Assembly: GCA_030390025.1 (NCBI GenBank)
Contig: CM059432.1
Location: 7,378,001-7,442,000, forward strand
Source: Squalus acanthias
Lineage: Eukaryota
DNA length: 64,000 nt
Direction of reading: 5' to 3'
The notes below the pieces were generated by a model. It was not told where the DNA came from. It did no database searches and saw nothing but the letters and a program-made list of their open reading frames with translations. The position numbers were made by a program, and so were the translations under genes. Positions 50,746-62,667 of this stretch are shown here, one piece after another. Position 1 is the stretch's first letter, and every line of letters starts with the position of its first letter.

Positions 50746-52069
50746 GCAATTTGGGACAGGGAGTTTGTTACTGGCCATAGGAACGTGGAAGCAGGAGGAG
50801 GCCATTCAGCCCCTCAAGCCTGTTCCACCATTCAGTGACATCATGACTGATCTGCATCCTAACTCCATCCACCTGGCCTGGCTCCATATCCTTTTATACC
50901 CCCTGGCTAGCGAAAAATCTATCAATCTCAGGTGGCCCTGGGCAGCTGGGAGTCCCACTCTTGCACTTCTGAAAGAGGAATTATCCATGATAGCTGTGGT
51001 TAAAATTCTGGCGAGCCGCTCTTTGGCATGTGTAGTGCGAGGGGTGGGGGCCAACATTGTGCCCTCCCAAACTGTTATTTTACAATCGTTATCTTTAATG
51101 CTCAGAACATTGTGGGGCTGGTTTGCGATGTGTGCTCCCTAAATGCACAAAGAAGCAAGGTGTTGGGATTTTTCACCCTTGGTCCCATTCACCTGCTCTT
51201 TCCCCGTTAGCTTGGTTTTTTCCCCACCATTATCCACTTTCCCTTTTAAAAGAATTGTGGATTTTTGCTTTCATCCATGTTTCCATTGGAGACTTGACCA
51301 CTGTCTAGTCGGCTGCTCTTTTAGACTGAACCACACTGTCTGAAACCGTGGCGTCTTTTTTGGCCATTAGCTGAGCTCCCAACCCCATAGACTCTCCATC
51401 ACAAAGACTGCCTACTTCCGCCTCCAGAACATTGCCCGCCTCCGCCACTACCTCAGCTCCTCTGCCGATGAGCCATTAACCATGCTTTCGGCACCTTTCA
51501 ACCACGACCATTCCTGGCCGGCCCTCCTCCATCCTCTGTAAACCTAAGCTCAACCAATACCCCGCAGTCCATATCCTTTGCCGCACCAAGTCCCGCCTGA
51601 CCATTTGACTGTCTTGCCTGCCTTAAATTGTCTCCCCAACTCCTCAAATTTAAAATTCTCTTATTTGAGTCCCTGAGGGCCTCATCCCTGTTACTGTAAT
51701 CTCCCCCAGCTCTCCAACCTTCCCTCTTCAACGCTCCATTTCGCTGATTCCACTCTCTTGTGCATCCTTTCTCTCTCTACCCACCATTGACAGCTGTGTC
51801 TTCAGCCTCACGCCAAACTCTGGACTGGTCTCTCTGCTTGTCCACCTCCCTCCCTATCGGCCCTAGAAAATCCAGGCCATGATCTTTGCCGTAATCAGGG
51901 CAAGCAGCCCACATCTGGCTCCCTCTTTAAGAGTCTTTTTAAAACCATCTCTTTGACCAAGCCTTTGGTCACCTTTCCTAATATCTCCTTCTTTTACTGG
52001 GTGTCCATTTTTTTTTGTTTACACTGTTGAGGATGCTTTACTAAATTAAAGGCACGATATAAATGCAAG

Positions 52070-52910
52070 TTTACACAGCTTAATAAGGCCATAAACAAAG
52101 CAGGTGAATAAGGCCACAAAAAATAAAAGCAAACAAAGCACTCGGGTTCATTTCTAGAGGGATAGAATTGATAAGCAGAGATGCTATGTTAAACTTATAT
52201 AGAGCCTTGGTTAGACGGCACTTGGAGTACTGTGAACAGTTCTGGTCTCCATAGTACAAAAAGGATATGGAGGCACTGGAGAAAGTGCAAAAAAGATTTA
52301 CTAGAATGATCCCAGAACTGAGACGTTATACCCATCAGGAAAGATTGAACGGGCTGGGTCTCTTTTCTTTAGAAAAGAGAAGGGTGAAGGGTGACCTGAT
52401 AGCGGCCTTTAAGATTATGAAAGGGGTTTGATAGGGTAGACATAGAGAAGATGTTTCCATTTGTGGGGAGACCAAAACTAGGGGCCATAAATATAAGATA
52501 GTCACTAATAAATCCAATAGGGAATTCAGGAGAAACTTCTTTACCCAGAGAGTGGTTAGAATGTGGAACTCGCTACCGCAGGGAGTGGTTGAGGCGAATA
52601 ACATAGATGCATTTAAGGGGAAGCTGGATAAACACATGCGGGAGAAAGTAATGGAAGGATAGAAATTTGCAGGGCTACAGGGCAAGGGCGGGGGAGTGGG
52701 ACTGGCTGAAGTGCTCTTGCAGAGAGCTGGCACGGGCTCGACGGGCCGAATGGCCTTCTTCCGTGCTGTAACCATTCTATGATTCTATGATATGTTGATA
52801 GGATGAGATGAAGTAGTTTGGGACGAGGCTCGTGTGGAGCATAAACGGCATAGGCCTGTTGTGCGGAATGGCCTGTTCCTGTGCTGTACATTCTATGTAA
52901 CTCTATGTAA
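52070..52910 (+). mobile_element. CR1 3' fragment with a nested second CR1 tail
   Basis: LEYCEQFW and FFTQRVVRMWNSLP remnants. Confidence 0.8.
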
Positions 52911-53467
52911 TTGTAGCAGTCCGTATCCTAACAACCCTCTACATAAGAATAAAACTCCTAACCTCGCCCTGTGTCGTTTCTTAAATTTTTGTCCTCTACT
53001 TACTGACTTACTGACCAGTGGAAATAACTTCTAGCAATTGATTTTATCAAAATTTCTCACAATTTTGAACATCTGTATCAGATCTCCTTCTATGTTGTAA
53101 TAGAAGGAGCCTCCGTTTCTCTAGTCTTTCCTCACAGCTAAAGCCTTTCATCACTTCGTAAATCTCCTCAGTATCCGCTTCATGGTCTTGACAGCCTTCC
53201 TAAATTAAGGCACCCAAAACTTGAACAATATTCCAACTGTAGCCTAATCAATAATACAACGTCCATGAATCAGACGCTTCCTCCAAGAGGGTGCTTTGCT
53301 TAAAACAGAAAAGATGTGCTGGAAAGCATTTGAAATCAATCCAACCAGGATTTTCCGCAGCTGTTGAAACTCAGGCCTATTAGTTCTACAGACTTTCTGA
53401 ACTTAAAACTTTCTGCATCTTTTATATCACAACAACTTGCATTTATAGAGCGCCTTTAACGTAGTAA

Positions 53468-53973
53468 AACTTGGCTCGCGCCCCCTGACCTACGGCCGGA
53501 CGCTATGTCCGACAGGGTCAGGGGGGGCGTTCTTGCGGCCGGATCGGCGATAATTAAAGGGCAGGTACCAGGCGGCCATTTTTTTTTAGGCCGCTTGCCA
53601 GCACCTGCCCCCTCTCGCCCCCCCCTCTTGTGGGGTGCCGGCCGCGATCCGTCTTTTGCCGGCACCCCCGCTCCCCGGTGGTCCAGCAGGGCCCCGGTGT
53701 GCGCTGGGCTCGGCCCCTCCTCTTTAATCAGGGGAGGGAGGCCTGCAGTACCACGGCGCTACGTGCCGACGTGCGTGGCGTAGCGCCGCGATATTCCATG
53801 GGAGCACCCCAAGAGGGATGGGAACGCTCCCAGTAGCGCCCCGCCTCCTGCTTGGGGCGCTACCATTCAATTTTGGGCACGGGGCGGGGGGACGTTAACA
53901 TTTTTGGGGCGCTAAAAGTAGCGCCCCGGCGAAGTTAGCAGCCCAAAGGGGGCGCGAGCCAAGCTTTCCCCCC
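53468..53973 (-). mobile_element. Truncated Harbinger-type MITE related to family B, inside an L2 fragment
   Basis: Shares the CTGACC/GTCGGAC hairpin and interior with family B; inverted CTTGGCTCGCGCCCCC/GGGGGCGCGAGCCAAG; one terminal TTTCCCCCC. Confidence 0.75.
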
Positions 53974-54191
53974 TTGGTCGAAGAGGTAGGTTTTAACGGG
54001 CATCTTAAAGGAGGAGAGAGAGGTAGAGAAACGTCCACTGACTTGTGTTTTCTCGACAGATGCTGCCTGACCTGCTGAATGCCTCCTGGGTTTTTTTCTG
54101 TTTTTGTTTCCAGCATCTGCCGGTTTTTTTGACCAACCTTCTTTATATATTCAGCTCTTGACTCGTGACTGTATTCTGACTTTTCTTTTGA

Positions 54192-54450
54192 GAAAGAAAG
54201 AAAGGTTTGCATTTCTGTAGCGCCCATCACGACCTCAGGACGTCCCAAAAGCGCTTTACAGTCAACAAGGTACTTTTTGAAATGTAGCCACTGTTGTAAT
54301 GTAGGAAACGTGGCTGCCAATTTGCGCACAGCAAGATCCCACAAAGAGCAATGAGATAATGACCAGGTCGTCTGTTTTTCTTAAGTGATGTTGACTGAGG
54401 GATAAATATTGGCCACGACACCGGGGAGAACTCCACTGCTCTTCTTCGAC
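54192..54450 (-). mobile_element. Deu-domain SINE 3' half
   Basis: Same family. Confidence 0.8.
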
Positions 54451-54845
54451 ATTTTTTTTTACTGTAAACAGTATTCAAAGCAGCCACTTAATAATAAACA
54501 AGATTACCAATATCCTTAAGACGCCCCCTACGAGACTGCTTTTTGCAGGCAACGCTGATAAAGGATGATGGAAATAACCAGAGCCAGAACATCCTGTGCG
54601 TCTGGGTTCTGTTCGCTTTTCAAAGAGTTTTGCTGAACTGCAGTTTAGAATTGAATTTTCTTTTCTAATCCAACGGATCTTCATGGTGCTTACAGAATAA
54701 TAACATCAAAGTCTTTGAAGTGAGTGGAAAGCAGAAAAGCTGCATAGAAAGAATACCTCTGTGTGTCGATGTAGGCATGGAGAGAAGGAAAGAGAGGGGG
54801 GTCGGGGGGCCAAGGATAGATCCTTCGGGAACTCTGGATTACATT

Positions 54846-55447
54846 GGCGGAAAAAATCGGTGTCGCCCCATTTGAGGCACTAATTTTAGCGCCCGAAAAA
54901 ATTAGCGTCCCCTCCGCCGGAAATTCAGTTCTAGCGCCCCCAGCAGGAGGTGGAGCGCTACTGGAAGCGCTGCTTGGGCCGCTACAACTGAATATCGCGG
55001 CATTACGTGCAACAGCGCCGCGTCATTGCAGGCCTCCCTCCCCTGATTAAAGGGGAGGGGACCTAGCACTGCTCGCACCGGGGCCCTGCTGGACCACTGG
55101 CGAGCGGGCTGCCGGGAAAACAGCCCGGCAGTCCGAAGAAAAAAGGGGGAAGGGGGCAGGCGCTGGCAGTCGGCCAAAAAAAAATGGCCGCCCAACACCT
55201 GCCCTTTAAGTAGCGCCGACGCGGCTGCAATAACGCCACCCCCCTGACCCTGTCGGACATATCGTCCGGCGATAGGTCAGAGGGCGCAAGCGAAGTTTGC
55301 TCCGGGGCGCTGCGCACGGCGATGATGTCATTGGCGGCGGTGCAGAGCCGTGGGGCGCTACCGGCTACAGCTAAACTCCCACTGAATTTCGCGGGAGGCG
55401 CTAGCGGCGCCGCCCCTGAGGGCACAAATCAACCCAATTTTTCCCCC
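54846..55447 (+). mobile_element. Harbinger-type MITE, family B
   Basis: TIR resembles family A (GGCGGAAAAAAT...ATTTTTCCCCC); TSD ATT/ATT; interior differs from family A. Confidence 0.85.
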
Positions 55448-55675
55448 ATTGAGGTTTTCCAGCACACAAACAGGCCATTCGGCTCCACAAGTCCGTGCCG
55501 GCGTTCATGCTCCACATGAACCTCTTCATATCACCCTTTTTCCCTCATGTGTTTATCTAGCCGTCCCTTAAATGCATCTACGCTATTCGCCTCAACCACT
55601 CCCTGTGGTAGCGAGTTCCACATTCTCACCACTCTCTGGGTAAAGAAGTTTCTCCTGAATTCCCTATTGGATTTT

Positions 55676-56165
55676 TTTGAAAAAAATGTATTTGTTCCTG
55701 GACGTCGCTGGCGAGGCCCAGCATTTATTGCCCATCCCTAATTGCCCTTCAGACGGTGGTGGTGAGCCGCCTTCTTGGACCGCTGCAGTCCGTGTGGTGA
55801 AGGTGCTCCCACAGTGCTGACTTTGTCGTAGCGGTTTAGGTACAACTGAGTGTCTTGCTCGGCCATTTCAGAGGGCAGTTAAAGGTCAACCACATTGCTG
55901 TGGGTCTGGAGTCACATATAGGCCAGACCGGGTAAGGGCAGCAGATTTCCTTCCCTAAAGGACATTCGTGAACCAGGTGGGTTTTTACGATCAATCCAGT
56001 AGTTTCATGGTCACCATTACTGATACTAGCTTTTTATTCCAGATTTATTTAATTAACTGAATTTAAATTCCCCAGCTGCCGTGGTGGGATTTGAACTCAC
56101 ATCTCTGAGATCATTAGTCCAGGCCTCCGGATTACTAGTCCAGTAACCTAACCACTATGCTACCG
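55676..56165 (-). mobile_element. tRNA-headed SINE with MetaSINE-like core and LINE-derived tail
   Basis: Head GGTAGCATAGTGG...GAGTTCAAATCCC; core GGTTCACGAATGTCCTTTAGGGAAGGAAATCTGC; tail matches the 22.1 kb LINE 3' end. Confidence 0.82.
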
Positions 56166-56649
56166 TTATTGGTATGTTTATATTTATGGCCCCTAGCTTT
56201 GGACTACCCCACAAGTGAAAACTTTTTCTCTACGTCTACCCTTTCATAATCTTAAGCACCTCTATCTGCTCACCGATAGCAGGAGAAGCTATTCCTAGAG
56301 GTGCTGTGGCTGCATTCAGATGGCGAGAGTGGAACCATCCAAGGGCAGTTCCATGGACATGGACAACCCCCACTGGACCAACCTTGCTGCCGGCCGGGTC
56401 AGCCTCCAGGACACTTGATACTGCGTCGGCCAAAAGTGGGCAAGCTGAAGCGGGGTGCCTGTTTGAGGGGCGTGATGATGAGACCCAGCCCTCAAAATGG
56501 ACCAGGTCTCCCACTGGCACTACTGGGCAATCGCTAATCGGCCAGCTGACAGTTAAAGTTTTACCCCATTGTCTCACATCCTCCAAGGGGTCGAGGCCAA
56601 GTCTGAGCTTCTCATCACTAAAGGTAACAGTCTTTTATAAACATATATT

Positions 56650-57413
56650 GGCCCAGAAATTCGGCTGTTGTCGGGTGAGTACGTGCTGTGTACTCACCCG
56701 TAAGGCCTCCTGAAGTGCCGGTTTCCTGCATGCACTGCGCATGCGCGGGAAACCGGAACTTCCGGTCTCGTGAAGGGAGGGGTTCAGAGGTGAACCGCGT
56801 GCGCGGGAGAGGCTGGGTGCACGCAGCGAACTTAGGTTTTTTTTCAGGTTTCTCCGGGAGGGTAAGTATGAAGAAGCTGCGCTTTTAAAAAGGAGGCGCA
56901 AGGTCTGTTTTTAACAAGGTAAGTGGTTAATTAATTACAATTTAAACATTTTTTCAACAGGTTTATCTTTTTTAGATACTTTAAAGAAAGGTAAGTTTAT
57001 TTTTAGCACTGTTAAAAAGTATTTTAATTTTTTCAAAAATTTTAATTTTTGTTTAAAGTAGTTAATTTATTTAACTTAGAGTTATTTTAAAAATGTGATG
57101 TTTTTAAAAAAAAATTATTTGAAGTTTAGGTGTTGTTTTGGGGCCGATTTCAGTTCATAGATTTGACAGGTCTTCCTGTCAAATCTATGAATGAAAATGG
57201 CCTGCTAGGATTGGCTCTCCATGGCCCACGTGATCCCAGGGGACGCTTTGAACTAACTGCGCCCCTGGGATATGCAAGCACTGTGCGCTGGCAGCTGCAG
57301 GAGGCCCAGGATCCGAAGTCCTCGTGGGCCCAAAACACAACGGCAGGCGAAGTAGGCAAGTACGCGCGCGATGCTTGCACCCGCAGGAAGCCGGAAAACT
57401 GAATTTCTGGCCC
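56650..57413 (+). mobile_element. Harbinger-type MITE, family C
   Basis: TIR GGCCCAGAAATTC...GAATTTCTGGCCC; TSD ATT/ATT; GC-rich ends around an AT-rich core. Confidence 0.8.
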
Positions 57414-57637
57414 ATTAGGTTATAGTAGTTATGGAAAAGGACAATGATAAATCAAATGTGAAAATACTCAACCGGAGGAGAGCTAATTTGAGTGAGTTGG
57501 CATCAAAGATTGGCAGGTGAATCAGTAAATGAGCAATGGGAGGACTTCAAAGAGTTTGGGTACAGACTAGACACATTTCAACGAGGGGGAAAAGAAGGGC
57601 ATCCAAAGCTAGAGCTCCCTGGATGACTAAAGATATA

Positions 57638-59251
57638 GAGGGAAAAATTGGGTGGCGCCCATTTTCGGGTGCTAACATCGCTGGGGCGCCGAAAAAGTTA
57701 ACGCCTGTAAGCATCAATGCAGGCCCCAAAGAGGTTTTTTTTTGTATCAGACATTTTGAATGCTGTTACTGCTGGTTTGACCAACTGCCTGTTTGGAGAA
57801 GATGGGAGGGGCCCAGGTGTTTGTGGACAGGAGATTCCAGCCAGGCCTACAAACTAATTATGGGAGAATGTCTGGGCAGACAGAATTCTCTGGGAAGACA
57901 ATGGGTCCGGGGAGATGACTCATACGGTCACGAGCACCTCGATGAGATAGCCCCGAAAGGCGGGAACCGGACAAAAGAGGGCCATTGCAAATTAATGGGA
58001 AGCCACTTAACCCAGGATCAGGTGAGAAGTGCGGCCCCTCATCTGCCATTATCACCAGCACCTCGATGGGATAGCCCCGAAAGGCGGGAAACCAGACAAA
58101 GAAGACAAAGAAGGGTGATTAAAAAGACATAACTGCAACTACACAGGGCAGAGTGAACTTTTCGGATATAGAGAAGGCAGCTTTGGCCATTTCTCTCTCT
58201 CTCTCACTTGCTCTAAACCACCACGAGCGACAAGAGCCTGGCCTTGCTCTTCGACTGTAGGAACGAACCTCGAAACTGGGACTTGGATACTGCATCGGCG
58301 ATATGGAACCAGGAGACACGTTCTACACAAGGGAGCAGCGAGCAAGAAAACGGACAATCGGGGTGAGCATTGTCCAAGCCCACGCATCCTTAAGACCACC
58401 GGTATTGTGTGAGGGGGTGTTGTGTGTCCCAACCAGTCCAGAGGGGTTTAGTGGGGAGGTTCTGTGTGTATTATATAGTGTATGTTCCAGGGTTTGTGGG
58501 ACAAGTCCATGTTATACTCTGTACAGCAACACAGTGTGATTTTAGGCGTCTTAATACGAGACAGGGGCCTGTTCGACGGGCCAAGTTGTATTGTTGTACT
58601 GTTTGTTTTACGCCACCAGGCAATTTTACGTACTGGAGGTGGGTGTGTGTGTTAACCTCGTTAAGCACCGTACGGTTGAGTCTGAAAAGCTTGTCTGTGT
58701 TCCAATCCTGTTCACCGTAATTCCTGTCGCTGGAACTAAGTAGGAGAGGTGATTCGAACCACCAAGGCAAACCACCTACATGCCCCTCCGCCGTTAAGTC
58801 AGTAGTAGCGCTCCAAGCAGGAGGCGGGGCACTACTGGAAGCGCACCCCTCCTGCTTGGGGCGCTACTACTGAAGTTCGCGGCGCTACGTGATTAAAGGG
58901 GAGGGGCCTCGCGCTGCGCGCACCGGGGCCCTGCTTGACCAACGGGGAGGAGGAGTGCTGGACTCAGCGATCGCGGCCGGCACCCCGAAGAAAAAAAAAG
59001 GGGAAGGGGGCAGGTTCTGGCAGTCGGCCAAAATAAAAATGGCTGCCCGACGCCTGCCCCTTTTACTAGCGCCGCCGCCGCCGCTGCAAAAATGCCCCCC
59101 CTGACCCTGTCGGACATATCGTCCGGCGATAGGTCAGGGGGCGCAAGGGAAGTTTGCGAGCGGGGCGCTGCGCACGGCGATGACGTCATCACTGGAGGCG
59201 CAGCGCCGCGGGGCGCTAACAAGAGGCGCAAACCAAGCCAATTTTTCCCCC
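57638..59251 (+). mobile_element. Harbinger-type MITE, family B, interrupted by a solo LTR
   Basis: GAGGGAAAAATTGG...CCAATTTTTCCCCC; TSD ATA/ATA; homologous to 54846-55447. Confidence 0.85.
57706..58780 (+). mobile_element. Solo LTR inserted in a family B MITE
   Basis: TGTAAG...CCTACA termini; TSD CGCC/TGCC (one CpG-type change); internal direct repeat; orientation is tentative. Confidence 0.8.
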
Positions 59252-59641
59252 ATAGAAATTAAAATAAAACAGAAAAAGGAGGTTTATGATTAATGTCAGG
59301 TTCATAATTCAGAAGAGAACCAAGCTGAATACAAATTGTACAGAAGAGATATGAAATAGGAAATAATAGGGGCAAAGAGAGTATATGAGAATAAATTAGC
59401 AGGTAACATAAAAGGAACCCAAAAGTCTTTTATAAACATATAAATAGTAAAAGGGTATTCAAACGAAGGGTGGGGGTGATTAAGGACGAAAAGAGGAATC
59501 TTCTTGTAGATGCAGAGGGCATGGCTGAGCTACTAAATGAGTACTTTGCAACTGTCTTCACTATCAAAGAGAATGCTGCCAATGTCACAGTAAAGGAGAA
59601 ATTGGATAGGATAAAAATAGATAAAGAGGAGGTACTTAAAA

Positions 59642-59911
59642 TCTGTGCTTATGACATGTATTTCGTAATCTTGAATAATATGCAATAAAGATTTTCCATT
59701 TCGTACCATTCAACCGGGTCTACCTGAGTTTTCTCTCCATTACTGCTCTCGCATCTAAGTCCAGTGTCAGAACCGTAAGGGCGAGTGGGTCGAACCACTC
59801 ACAGGTGTCTAGTGCTCCCAGACTGGCTGGAGACCAGAACAGGCAACAAGGCCTAACCTCGCACTAGCACCCAGGCTGAGCACAGAGCCACACGGGACAG
59901 AAACCCTTACA
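59642..59911 (+). mobile_element. 3' terminal fragment of an LTR related to 11183-13751
   Basis: Reverse-complement similarity to 11183-11461 including AATAAA, the GAGTGGGTCGAACCACTC hairpin and terminal CCCTTACA. Confidence 0.85.
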
Positions 59912-60073
59912 GAAAATATCCCCCACAATGACGGCATCGCTGCGACAGCCTCAGTACTCAACACCAACAACAGCCAATCTCCGGACGCCATCCTACAACT
60001 CATCCGCTTCATCCTTGACCACAATGTCTTCACCTTCGACAACCATTTTTTTACCTAAACACACGGAACAGCC

Positions 60074-61249
60074 ATGGGGACCAAATTCGCACCCCAATAC
60101 GCCAACATCTTCATGCACAAGTTCGAGCAAGACTTCTTCGCTGCACAGGACCTCCAACCAACGCTGTACACCAGATACATCGACGACATCTTCTTCCTTT
60201 GGACCCACGGCGAAGGATCACTGAAAGGACTACACGATAGCATCAACAGGTTCCATCCCACCATCAAACTCACCATGGACTACTCCTCAGAATCGGTTTC
60301 ATTCTTGGACACACGAATTTCCATCAAAGACGGACGCCTCAGCACTTCACTCTACCGCAAGCCCACGGACAACCTCACGATGCTCCACTTCTCCAGCTTC
60401 CACCCTAACCACGTTAAAGAAGCCATCCCCTATGGACAAGCCCTGCGAATACACAGGATCTGCTCAGACGAGGAGGAACGCGATGGACACCTACGGACAC
60501 TGAAAGACGCCCTCGTAAGAACGGGATATGACGCTCGACTCGTCGATCGACAGTTCCGACGGGCCACAGCGAAAAACCGCATAGACCTCCTCAGAAGACG
60601 AACACGGGACACAACCAACAGAGTACCCTACGTCGTCCAGTACTTCCCCGGAGCGGAAAAACTACGCCATGTTCTTCGCAGCCTTCAACATGTCATCGAT
60701 GACGACGAACACCTTGCTAAGGCCATCCCCACGCCTCCACTACTCGCCTTCAAGCAGCCGCCTAACCTCAAAAGTACCATCGTTCGCAGCAGATTACCTA
60801 TCTTTCAGGAGAACAGCAACCAAGACACCACACAACCCTGCCACGGCAACCTCTGCAAGACATGCCAAATCATGGACACAGATACCATCATCACACGTGA
60901 GGACACTACCCACCAGGTACACGGTACATACTCATGTGACTCGGCCAACGTTGTCTACCTGATACGTTGCAGTAAAGGATGCTCCAGAGCATGGTACATC
61001 GGCGAGACCATGCAGACACTGAGACAACATATGAACGGACACCGCGCAACAATCGCCAGGCAGGAGGGTTCCCTCCCAGTCGGGGAACACTTCAGCAGCC
61101 AGGGGCATTCAGCCTCGGATCTGCGGGTAAGCGTTCTCCAGGGCGGCCTTCGGGATACACGACAGCGCAAAATCATAGAGCAGAAACTGATAGCCAAGTT
61201 CCGCACTCATGAGGATGGCCTCAATCGCGATATCGGGTTCATGTCATGA
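60074..61249 (+). CDS. Penelope-like RT (partial) with GIY-YIG endonuclease; open fragment of a truncated element
   Basis: YTRYIDDIF RT motif; C-x3-C-x2-C linker (CHGNLCKTC); NVVYLIRC...WYIGET...VGEHF...EQKLI...GLN. Confidence 0.85.
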   Translation: MGTKFAPQYANIFMHKFEQDFFAAQDLQPTLYTRYIDDIFFLWTHGEGSLKGLHDSINRFHPTIKLTMDYSSESVSFLDTRISIKDGRLSTSLYRKPTDNLTMLHFSSFHPNHVKEAIPYGQALRIHRICSDEEERDGHLRTLKDALVRTGYDARLVDRQFRRATAKNRIDLLRRRTRDTTNRVPYVVQYFPGAEKLRHVLRSLQHVIDDDEHLAKAIPTPPLLAFKQPPNLKSTIVRSRLPIFQENSNQDTTQPCHGNLCKTCQIMDTDTIITREDTTHQVHGTYSCDSANVVYLIRCSKGCSRAWYIGETMQTLRQHMNGHRATIARQEGSLPVGEHFSSQGHSASDLRVSVLQGGLRDTRQRKIIEQKLIAKFRTHEDGLNRDIGFMS

Positions 61250-61491
61250 TACAGAACGTGACTTGACATCATGGCCGTTCTTCCCAGGTGTTTTTTTTTA
61301 AAAGACTAGCACAAGAACCAACACAAATTGACAGGATATGCAGCCAGCAGGTGGTTTGACACGTTGGACCCCCTGGGACACATCTCATTGTCTTGGCTGT
61401 GCTCTTAGTGTGTCTTTGATGTAGGGAAATATTTGAATAGATTTTGTCTGTGTTTAAATTGTGAATTCTGGGAGATTCTCTCACTGCTAAC

Positions 61492-61529
61492 TTACCTGAG
61501 GAAGGAGCGACAGCTCCGAAAGCTTGTAA
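61492..61529 (+). ncRNA. Minimal hammerhead ribozyme motif, second Penelope family
   Basis: TTAC-CTGAGGA-A-GGAGC(GACA)GCTCC-GAAA-GCTT-GTAA. Confidence 0.75.
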
Positions 61530-61850
61530 AATTAAATAAATCTGTTGGACTATAACCTGGTGTTGTGCGACTTCTCATTTTTGTCCACCCCAGTCCAACG
61601 CCGGCATCTCCACATCATGACTTAAAAGGTTGGCAGCGCTCAAAGCAGAAAATTCACCCGGTCTGGCTGGGATCCATCCTAGCTTGCTGAGGGAAGTAAG
61701 GGTGGAAGTTGCAGAGGCTCTGGCCGCAATAATCCAAGCCTCCTTGGATATGGGGGTGCTGCCAGAGGACTGGAGGATTGCAAATGTTACAACCCTGTTC
61801 AAAAAGGGGGAGAGGGATAAACCCGGCAACTACAGACCAGTCAGCCTAAC

Positions 61851-62667
61851 GTCAGCAACAAGACCTGGACGACGTTCAGGCTTGGGCTGATAAGTGGCAG
61901 GTAACATTCGCGCCACAGAAGTGCCAGGCAATGACTATCTCCAACAAGCGAGAGTTTAAACACCGCCCCTTGACATTCAATGGCATTACCATCACCGAAT
62001 CCCCCACCATCAACATCCTGGGGGTCACCATTGACCAGAAACTTAACTGGACCAGCCACATAAATACTGTGGCAACAAGAGCAGGTCAGAGGCTAGGTAT
62101 TCTGTGGTGAGTGTCTCACCTCCAGACTCCCCAAAGCCTTTCTACCGTCTACAAGGCACAAGTAAGGAGTGTGATGAGTGCAGCTCCAACAACACTCAAG
62201 AAGCTCGACACCATCCAGGACAAAGCAGCCCGCTTGATTGGCACCCCCTCTACCACCTTAAACATCCACTCCCTCCACCACCGGCGTACCGTGGCTGCAA
62301 TGTGTACCATCTACAAGATGCACTGCAGCAACTCGCCAAGGCTTCTTCGGCAGCACCTCCCAAACCCGCGACCTGTTCCACCTAGAAGGACGAGGGCAGC
62401 AGGCGCCATGGGAACACCACCACCTCCAAGTTCCCCTCCAAGTCGCACACCATCCTGACTTGGAAATATATCGCCGATCCTTCATCGTCGCTGGGTCAAA
62501 ATCCTGGAACTCCCTCCCTAACAGCACTGTGGGAGCACCTTCACCACACGGACTGCAGCGGTTCAAGAAGGCAGCTCACCACCACCTTCTCGAGGGCAAT
62601 TAGGGATGGGCAATAAATGTTGGCTTTGCCAGCGACGCCCACATCCCATAAATGAATAAGAAAAAAA
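61851..62667 (+). mobile_element. 3' fragment of the same APE+RT LINE family, inserted in a CR1
   Basis: Reverse-complement match to ~22100-22930; A-rich end. Confidence 0.85.

Larger units (their letters stand above)
59912..61619 (+). mobile_element. Penelope-like retroelement, 5' truncated
   Basis: RT (GTAMGTKFAPQYAN, RYIDD, YRKPT) plus GIY-YIG domain; frameshift in the T-run near 60050; 3' end carries a hammerhead motif. Confidence 0.92.
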
